A stretch of 23,202 nt of DNA, taken from the NCBI GenBank assembly GCA_046726415.1, contig JBKPAK010000176.1:1-23202 (forward strand), read 5' to 3'. Made by a program: the position numbers and the translations under genes. Of this stretch, positions 17,031 through 23,202 are shown piece by piece (positions within the stretch are counted from its first letter, which is position 1; the number at the start of each line of letters is the position of its first letter). Below the pieces are notes generated by a model. It made no database searches and was not told the DNA's origin. It worked only from the letters and a program-made list of their open reading frames with translations. This DNA comes from Candidatus Methylomirabilota bacterium. GTDB lineage: Bacteria; Methylomirabilota; Methylomirabilia; Rokubacteriales; CSP1-6.

Positions 17031-17966
17031 TCAGCCTCGCGTGCTCGACGGCGCCTGGGCGGCGGCCGCCTTCACGTAGCGCGCGATCTCGGCGTGGGTG
17101 GCGAACCACACGCCGGCGTGGCCGCGGATGTACTCAATCAGCCGCTCGAGGAGGGTGATGCGCGAGCGGTGGCCGATGATGTGGGGGTGCATGGTCAAGA
17201 GGAACAACCCGCTCTCCGCGCAGGCGCCGTCGAACTCGGCCTTGAAGATCTCGAGCACCGCCGAGGGCGGTGTGTAGGGTCGCAGGCCCGAGAAGCGGTC
17301 CATGTTGAAGTAGATCGCGTCGTCGCGGATCCACTCCACTGGCAGCTCGACCACGCCGGTCGGCTCGCCGTCCTCGACTAGCTCGTACGGATCGTCGTCG
17401 GCCATCAGCGAGGAATCGTAGAGGAGCCCCATCTCGCGCGAGATGGCCAAGGTATGCGCGCTGAAGTCCCAGGACGGCGTGCGGAGCCCCACCGGGCGCA
17501 TGCCGGCAATTCGCTCGAGCGTGTCGGCGGCCCTCTTCTGGAGGTCGCGCTCGGACGCGGACGGCAGGATGCTGTTGCGCTCGTGAATCCAGCCGTGGAT
17601 GCCAATCTCGTGGCCCGCGTCGACCACGCGGCGCTGCTCGTCGGGATAGAGCGCGGCGATCACCGCGGGGACAAAGAACGTGGCCGGAATGCGGTGCCTT
17701 TCGAGGAGGGCCAGGATGCGCGGGACGCCTTGCCGGGAGCCATACTGTCCCTGGGAGAGCTTGCCGGGCGACGTCTCGCCCTCGCGCAGGGTCCCGCTCT
17801 CATGGTCGGAGTCGAATGACAGGGCCACCGCCACCCGCGCGCCGTCCTTCCACTGCTGGGGCCTCAGCGAGCGCCCGGCCCTAACCTTGCCGACGATGCC
17901 ACGCCAGGTCTCCTCCGGCCACTGCCACGGCAACACCTGGGCACTCTTTCCTTTCTTGGCGCTCAT
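17031..17966 (-). CDS. CE4 polysaccharide deacetylase family (PuuE/HpPgdA-like cyclic amide hydrolase)
   Basis: SFDSD, ATFFVP, HEIGIHGWIHE, RTPSW, YDSS and TMHP motifs; no signal peptide; AAGGAGG RBS. Confidence 0.9.
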   Translation of the reverse strand: MSAKKGKSAQVLPWQWPEETWRGIVGKVRAGRSLRPQQWKDGARVAVALSFDSDHESGTLREGETSPGKLSQGQYGSRQGVPRILALLERHRIPATFFVPAVIAALYPDEQRRVVDAGHEIGIHGWIHERNSILPSASERDLQKRAADTLERIAGMRPVGLRTPSWDFSAHTLAISREMGLLYDSSLMADDDPYELVEDGEPTGVVELPVEWIRDDAIYFNMDRFSGLRPYTPPSAVLEIFKAEFDGACAESGLFLLTMHPHIIGHRSRITLLERLIEYIRGHAGVWFATHAEIARYVKAAAAQAPSSTRG

Positions 17967-18158
17967 CGTTCGCCCTCCTTTCGCCTGCCCGATCTGTGCG
18001 CGCTTTCGCGCGTCGCGTACGCTCGGGGGCTAGTCTATCCTGCGCCGGCGACAACCCGCGCCGCCCGCGCGGACGAGGCAGGTCACCTCACGGTCCCATT
18101 CCCCATCCGGGTGATAGGGTGAGACGGCAGGAGCAGCGCCGGCATAGAATCGTCTCAC

Positions 18159-19055
18159 ATGAGGCGTCGTGGCCAATACGTGGCGCTGGCCCTGGGACTC
18201 TACACGGGCGTTCTCGGAGGCTGCGTCGGCACGACTGCCCACCAGTCCATCGCGACGAGCGAGCCCGATGGCACCTCAGAGCACATTCCCGCCGCGGTGA
18301 CCAAGCCCGATGGGGCGGGTCCGTTCCCCGCGATCGTGATCATGCACGATTGTAGTGGGCTCGGTCCCGCCTCCAGTGGCGCCCCGGCCCGCTGGGCGCG
18401 AGAACTCGTGGGGCAGGGATACGTCGTCGTCATCCCGGACAGCTTCACGACCCGAGGCCACGCCGGCGGCGTGTGCACCGACGCGTCTCCCAGCCGGAAT
18501 GACGTCAGTCCTACTCGGCGCGTCCGCGACGCGTACTGGGCGCTCGCCTATCTCCGGGCCTTGCCGTACGTCGATGGACGCCGCGTGGGCCTCATGGGCG
18601 GCTCGCACGGCGGGACGACGACCTTGGCCTCGATGCTCGCGCCGGAGAGCGACTCGGAGCCGCTCGCCCAGGACCGGCGCCGGGGCTTCGCCGCCGCGGT
18701 GGCGCTCTATCCGGCGTGCGGGGCGCGCTCCAGAGCCTGGCGCTCCCCTGCTTCCGGCGTGTACAAACCCATCGCGCCCTTGCTGATCCTCATCGGAGAG
18801 AAGGACGACTGGACGCCGGCCGAAGCCTGCCGGACGCTGATCGAAGCTTCCCGGGCCGCCGGCTATCCGGTCGCGATCAAGGTCTATCCAGGGGCGCACC
18901 ACTCGTTCGACAGCAACAATCCGGTGCGCTACGTGGCCGCCCGCGTCAACGCGAATTCGCCCACCGGGCGCGGCGCCACCACCGGCGGCGATCCTCAGGC
19001 CTGGGCCGACAGCGTCCAGGAGGTCGTGGCGTTCTTCGGCCAGCACCTCAAGTAA
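18159..19055 (+). CDS. Dienelactone hydrolase family protein, probably an exported lipoprotein
   Basis: LGGC lipobox-like signal, GGSHGG, IGEKDDWTP and YPGAHHSFD (Ser-Asp-His triad). Confidence 0.85.
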   Translation: MRRRGQYVALALGLYTGVLGGCVGTTAHQSIATSEPDGTSEHIPAAVTKPDGAGPFPAIVIMHDCSGLGPASSGAPARWARELVGQGYVVVIPDSFTTRGHAGGVCTDASPSRNDVSPTRRVRDAYWALAYLRALPYVDGRRVGLMGGSHGGTTTLASMLAPESDSEPLAQDRRRGFAAAVALYPACGARSRAWRSPASGVYKPIAPLLILIGEKDDWTPAEACRTLIEASRAAGYPVAIKVYPGAHHSFDSNNPVRYVAARVNANSPTGRGATTGGDPQAWADSVQEVVAFFGQHLK

Positions 19056-19192
19056 GGACTGGCCGCTCCGTGGTCACACCCCGCGGGGGCCACGGTGCCA
19101 AGCGGCAGAAGGCGGGGACGGGTATGATCCGGACGGAGCGAGCCGATCCGGCGTGGCGCAACGACTCATTCCAGTGCGACGGAGGAGAAGAC

Positions 19193-20098
19193 ATGGCCGT
19201 GTCCGTAGGATTCATCGGTGTCGGGAACATGGGCAACCCCATGGCGGGCAACGTGTTGAAGGCCGGCTTTGCCATGACCGTCTTCGACAAGAACTCGCAA
19301 GCGATGGCCAACCTGGTCCAGGCCGGGGCTCGCGGTGCGGCCTCGGCAGCGGAGCTGGTCGAGCGGTCCGAGATCGTGCTGACATGCCTGCCGGCCTCTC
19401 CGGATGTCGAGGCCCTCTACCTGGAGCCCGGCGGCTTGATCGAGCGTGCCAAACCGGGAACGATCCTCATCGATCTGAGCAGCGTCCTTCCCTCCACACC
19501 GCGCAAGCTCGAGCCTCGCGCGAAAGCGCGCGGGGTGCACTTCTTGGAGGCGCCGGTGAGCGGCGGTGTCAGCGGAGCCCGGGCCGCCACCTTGGCCATC
19601 ATGGTGGGTGGTGATCCACAGGTCCTGGAGCGCGCCCGGCCGGTGCTCCGCGCCATCGGGCCGAACATCTTCAGTGTGGGACCGGTCGGGGCCGGCAACA
19701 CCGTGAAGGCGATCAACAACATGATGGCCTGCGTCAACTCGCTGGCGATGATGGAAGGCGTGGTGCTCGGCGTGAAGGCCGGGCTCGACCCGATGACGAT
19801 CTACGAAGTGGTCAAGGCGAGCAGCGGCGGCAGCAAGGCCCTCGAGCGCATCCCCACCGCGCTGGTCCCGCGCAAGTTCGAGCCCGGCTTCAAGGTGCAA
19901 CTAATGAACAAGGATCTCGACACGTTCAACACCATCGCCAAGGAGCTGCACGTGCCGGTCAGCTTCTCCAACGTCGCCCAGCGCTACCAGCAGGCGGCGA
20001 TGGCGGCCGGCCTGGCCGACTACGACACCAGCGTGGCGGTGACGATCATCGAGCGCCTGGCGGCGGTGGAAATCCCCAAAGGATCGGCATCGAGCTGA
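19193..20098 (+). CDS. Beta-hydroxyacid dehydrogenase (3-hydroxyisobutyrate dehydrogenase / tartronate semialdehyde reductase family)
   Basis: GFIGVGNMG, FLEAPVSGG, IMVGG, KAINN (catalytic Lys) and KDL motifs; GGAGG RBS and TATGAT at 19123-19128. Confidence 0.93.
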   Translation: MAVSVGFIGVGNMGNPMAGNVLKAGFAMTVFDKNSQAMANLVQAGARGAASAAELVERSEIVLTCLPASPDVEALYLEPGGLIERAKPGTILIDLSSVLPSTPRKLEPRAKARGVHFLEAPVSGGVSGARAATLAIMVGGDPQVLERARPVLRAIGPNIFSVGPVGAGNTVKAINNMMACVNSLAMMEGVVLGVKAGLDPMTIYEVVKASSGGSKALERIPTALVPRKFEPGFKVQLMNKDLDTFNTIAKELHVPVSFSNVAQRYQQAAMAAGLADYDTSVAVTIIERLAAVEIPKGSASS

Positions 20099-20186
20099 GA
20101 GCGATCGACCAAGGGGCGGCGACCTCGGCCGGCGCCCGCGCAGCGCCTCTCGCGGCCCAAATGCCGAGGGCCGTCCTAGTGCGCGC

Positions 20187-20570
20187 TCAGGCCGGACGGC
20201 CGTCCGATGGCTCGGGGAACAGTTCCGGACCCCACGAGCGGTGCGCCGCGGCATCGGCCGGAAGGAATCGGAAGCCTGCGCTCATCGCGAAGGATCGGTC
20301 GATATCTGAATCGCCGATGTGGTAGTACGCGGCCGCCGCGAAGCGGGCCTTGACGTCCGCGAGCCGATGCTTCAGCACCGTGAAGTCGACCTCGATGTGG
20401 AGCTGCTCCCACAGCGCCTGCTGATAGCGGATCGTGCGATCCGAGCAGCTCCCGATGAAGTACCCCAACCGCTGGGCCTGCCGTACCAGCGCGATGGGGA
20501 CAATGCCCGGAGGCTCGCCGATCTCGAGCGTTCCGTCGATGTCGAAGCTGACCAGCGTCAGCCTACTCAC
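20187..20570 (-). CDS. Minimal (capless) HAD-superfamily phosphatase, 127 aa
   Basis: Motif I FDIDGTL, motif II SCSDR, Lys in LKH and motif IV IGDSDID; GTG 20570 overlaps the upstream TGA (GTGA), with an alternative ATG at 20594. Confidence 0.82.
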   Translation of the reverse strand: MSRLTLVSFDIDGTLEIGEPPGIVPIALVRQAQRLGYFIGSCSDRTIRYQQALWEQLHIEVDFTVLKHRLADVKARFAAAAYYHIGDSDIDRSFAMSAGFRFLPADAAAHRSWGPELFPEPSDGRPA

Positions 20571-21199
20571 AGCCCGGGCAATCCGTGGGTCCATGTCGGA
20601 AGCGGCGGATGCTGGCTCACCAGTCGGCCTTCGCGATAGACGGCGACGATCCGGTACGGAGCGTCATAGGAACTGTTGTCGATGACGTAGGCCTCGTCGA
20701 CGATCGCGATGGCGGCTCGGAGATTCGCCAACGTCCTCGGAAAGCGCGCATGCAGCTTCTCGGTCGGGACATCATGACCACCATGGCGGACGCGCTGCTG
20801 TACGCGGGCGGCGGCGAGGAGGGGGCTGTCGAGGCCGATGAACACCAGGAATATCGCGAACCCCCGGGTTCGCGCGTGGTCGAGAAACCCCAGCTTGGCG
20901 CGGGCGGGGTCGGAGAATACCGTCTCGGTGCAGAAGGAGAGACTCGCCTCCAGGAACGCCAGCCGCAGTCGCTCGGCCTCTCGGAAGGCGCGGCGGTCGA
21001 TGTCATCGGACGGGGCGGTCGGCTGGACTCTGCGCAGAAGGCGGGCGATGCGGTCGGCATTGACATACGGCAGTCCCAGCGTCTCGAGGTACTCGTCGAA
21101 GAACGTAGTCTTCCCAGAGCCGTTGGGGCCGGCGAGGAAGATCAGCACGGGCCGAGCGGCCCGGGCCGCCCGGATCGATGCCGCCGGATCAGCCCTCAC
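20567..21199 (-). CDS. Zeta-toxin-like P-loop kinase/ATPase (COG4185/AAA_33-like)
   Basis: LAGPNGSGKTT Walker A, YVNAD, ETVFS, RVQQRVRHGGHDVP lid and IDNS motifs. Confidence 0.88.
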   Translation of the reverse strand: MRADPAASIRAARAARPVLIFLAGPNGSGKTTFFDEYLETLGLPYVNADRIARLLRRVQPTAPSDDIDRRAFREAERLRLAFLEASLSFCTETVFSDPARAKLGFLDHARTRGFAIFLVFIGLDSPLLAAARVQQRVRHGGHDVPTEKLHARFPRTLANLRAAIAIVDEAYVIDNSSYDAPYRIVAVYREGRLVSQHPPLPTWTHGLPGL

Positions 21200-21615
21200 G
21201 ATCGCCGGGTCGATGCCTTCCTTCTGGCCGGCACAAAGCGGCGGCCCTCCAGGCGGCCCGGCGTCCGGGTCCCGTCGGCCTGGATCTCGACGATCATGTC
21301 GGGATGCTCCGGGTCCGCAGTGTACAGCGGCGTCCCCGTGGCGCGAATGCGCGCCTTGACCTTCTTGCGATCTCCGTCGTCGACGAGCCGCGCCAGAAGA
21401 TCGTGCACCTCTTCACGGGGAACGAAGGTCGGCATCGGCACGGCCAGGCCGGCTCGCTTGAGGAGCAGCACGTCGCGATAGGCCACCATCACTTCCACGG
21501 CTCGGCCGAGCGTCGCCCAGTGCTCGATCTGCGCGGTGGCCGAACGATGCGTTCCGTGGGCTTCCTCTCTGGCCAGGGCCAGCAGCCGATCCGAGACTTT
21601 CACGGGCGATGGCAT
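21196..21615 (-). CDS. ParD-like (RHH) antitoxin with C-terminal extension
   Basis: PVKVSDRL...A......RSATAQIEHWATLGRAVE is the ParD_like signature; AGGAGG RBS; GTGA overlap with the kinase gene. Confidence 0.82.
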   Translation of the reverse strand: MPSPVKVSDRLLALAREEAHGTHRSATAQIEHWATLGRAVEVMVAYRDVLLLKRAGLAVPMPTFVPREEVHDLLARLVDDGDRKKVKARIRATGTPLYTADPEHPDMIVEIQADGTRTPGRLEGRRFVPARRKASTRRS

Positions 21616-21631
21616 CTGGGCCTCCTGGTTG

Positions 21632-21670
21632 GGTAGCTCTTTGCTACTATCATGGTAGCACTTTACTACC
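21632..21670. promoter_or_regulatory. Nested palindromic operator overlapping the promoter of the antitoxin-kinase-phosphatase operon
   Basis: GGTAGC-TCTTT-GCTACT (21632-21648) and GGTAGC-ACTTT-ACTACC (21654-21670); minus-strand CATGAT -10 candidate in the centre. Confidence 0.75.
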
Positions 21671-21823
21671 GCGGGGGCCGAGGGGCAACCGGCGCACGCC
21701 TGTCGCTCCGTGCCCAGCGCGCCGGACGGCCCATCGCCGGTGGCCCCAGCCGCCCCGCCCCACGGTCACCCCCGGCCGGCCATGCCACAATACGTCTGGG
21801 GGAACGATCGAGGGGAGGAGCGC

Positions 21824-22984
21824 ATGCGATTGAGTCTAGCCTACGAGATGCAGCGGCCGGTAGTCGATGATCACGCGGTCATCGAAGAGACCATCGAACA
21901 GTGCGTGCTGGCCGACCAGATGGGGTTCGACACTCTGTGGTTCGTGGAACATCACTTTCTCACCAGCTTCTCGATGTCGCCGTGCCCGGAGGTCCTCTTC
22001 GGGGCACTCAGTCGCCTGACCAAGCGCATCCGCCTGGGTTTCGGCGTGGTAATCCTCCCCTACCACCACCCCGTTCGGGTGGCCGAGCGCGTGGCCATGG
22101 TCGACCACATGTCCGGCGGACGAGTCGAGTTCGGGACCGGGCGGTCGGCTCCCTACGAGCAGATTGGGATGGGCATTGACCCGCGGAACACGCGCGCCAT
22201 GTGGGAAGAATCCCTCCGGATGATTCCGCGGATTTGGGAGGACGGCCAATTTTCGTGGGAGGGCCAGTTCTGGAGTGTCCCGCCGCGCGACGTTCGTCCC
22301 AAGCCCTATCAGAAGCCACATCCCCGCATCTGGGTCGCCGCCTTGCAGCCGGCCACGTATCGGCTGGCCGCCGAGACGGGCATTGGCGTGATGGCGCTCA
22401 GCGTCGCCGCTCCCTCCTACCTTGCCCCCCACATCAAGGAGTACAAGGAGCGGGTCCGCCACGCGAAGCCGGTCGGCAAGGTCATCAACGACCAGTGGCT
22501 GAGTGCAACCATGGGCCTGTGTGGCCGCGACAACCAGGCCGCCCGTGAGCTGGCCGCCAAGTCGCTGCGAACGTTCTTCGGGCCGGACCGCCCGTATCTG
22601 AAGGATCAGACCCACCTCTATGAGCAGCTCGTCGAGTCGTGGGGAGGCGTGCCGGAGCACTTGACCGCCAACTTTGCCCGCTACCTGAAGAGGGACGGCG
22701 CGGCCGGCGCGCCCGAGGTGGATCTGTCCGGCGGATCTGGACAGATCGCCTCTGCCCTCTGGAATCAGATCGACGCCGACACTCTCGTCGACCGCGGCGT
22801 TCTCGTGGCTGGCGATCCCGAGAGCTGCCTCAAGAGCATCGCCATCCACGAAGCGGCGGGTGTCGACGAGTTGCAGTTCCTCATGGCGACCGAGACGGTG
22901 GCGCACGAGAAGGTGATGTCGTCCATCGAGCTGTTCGGCAAGTACGTCATCCCCGAGCTGAAGAAGAGGACGGCGACGGTTTAG
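21824..22984 (+). CDS. LLM-class (luciferase-like) flavin-dependent oxidoreductase
   Basis: GFDTLWFVEHHF, HPVRVAERVAMVDHMSGGRVEFGTGR, PKPYQKPHPRIW and GDPESC motifs; ATG 21824 with GGGGAGGAG RBS. Confidence 0.93.
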   Translation: MRLSLAYEMQRPVVDDHAVIEETIEQCVLADQMGFDTLWFVEHHFLTSFSMSPCPEVLFGALSRLTKRIRLGFGVVILPYHHPVRVAERVAMVDHMSGGRVEFGTGRSAPYEQIGMGIDPRNTRAMWEESLRMIPRIWEDGQFSWEGQFWSVPPRDVRPKPYQKPHPRIWVAALQPATYRLAAETGIGVMALSVAAPSYLAPHIKEYKERVRHAKPVGKVINDQWLSATMGLCGRDNQAARELAAKSLRTFFGPDRPYLKDQTHLYEQLVESWGGVPEHLTANFARYLKRDGAAGAPEVDLSGGSGQIASALWNQIDADTLVDRGVLVAGDPESCLKSIAIHEAAGVDELQFLMATETVAHEKVMSSIELFGKYVIPELKKRTATV

Positions 22985-23202
22985 GACGAAGCGCCCTCCT
23001 TGTCGGTCAACGGCACGATGGCGTAGAACCGCGGTTGGTCTCCTACCACTCGCGTGATGTGCCCCTGGCCAGTCAGGTCTTCGGCCAGCACCACGTCACC
23101 CGGCCCGACGCGCGCGACCGTGCCATCGCCCACCTCGATTTCCGCGATCCCTGACAACGAGATCGAGTACTGCCTCCTGGGCGCACAGTGCCAGTCCAGC
23201 AC
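22981..23202 (-). CDS. Small cupin-like protein, 5' truncated by the window edge
   Basis: DWHCAPRRQY...LSGIAEIEVGDG...PGDVVLAEDLTGQGH pattern; its stop codon overlaps that of the convergent LLM gene. Confidence 0.78.
   Translation of the reverse strand: MLDWHCAPRRQYSISLSGIAEIEVGDGTVARVGPGDVVLAEDLTGQGHITRVVGDQPRFYAIVPLTDKEGASS

Noticed and set aside
18159-19055. Dienelactone hydrolase as the downstream step of the intradiol dioxygenase pathway
   Set aside because: It has an export/lipoprotein signal and a Ser nucleophile (GSHGG) rather than the Cys of true ClcD-type enzymes, and it is transcribed separately.
20191-21731. 11-bp direct repeat GCCGGACGGCC (20191 and 21721) flanking the TA-like module
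   Set aside because: Short and GC-rich, one copy lies inside the HAD coding end, and there is no recombinase; chance is plausible without an empty-site comparison.

Overview
High-GC, gene-dense bacterial window (about 27 CDS) that looks like core or accessory metabolism of a soil-type heterotroph. Gene content and intergenic hairpin repeats are reminiscent of Ca. Rokubacteria/Methylomirabilota, but this is inference only. The left part holds a CPWC DsbA-like oxidoreductase, a lipoprotein, a histidine phosphatase, NIPSNAP, an SDR, an HtrA protease and a small DUF6457-like gene. The middle is a probable aromatic/heterocycle catabolic region: ferritin-like diiron protein + amidohydrolase, LLM monooxygenase + alpha/beta hydrolase, cupin, LivKHMGF-type ABC importer + hydroxyquinol-type intradiol dioxygenase, cyclase, CE4 deacetylase, dienelactone-hydrolase-like protein and beta-hydroxyacid dehydrogenase. 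The best novelty candidate is a three-gene minus-strand module at 20187-21670, joined by two GTGA overlaps: ParD-like RHH antitoxin with a C-terminal extension, zeta-like P-loop kinase and capless HAD phosphatase, preceded by a nested four-half-site palindromic operator. It could be a tripartite kinase/phosphatase toxin-antitoxin module or a split PNKP-like system. No rRNA, tRNA, CRISPR array, transposase or integrase was recognised. All family assignments come from motif recognition by eye; no database searches were run.
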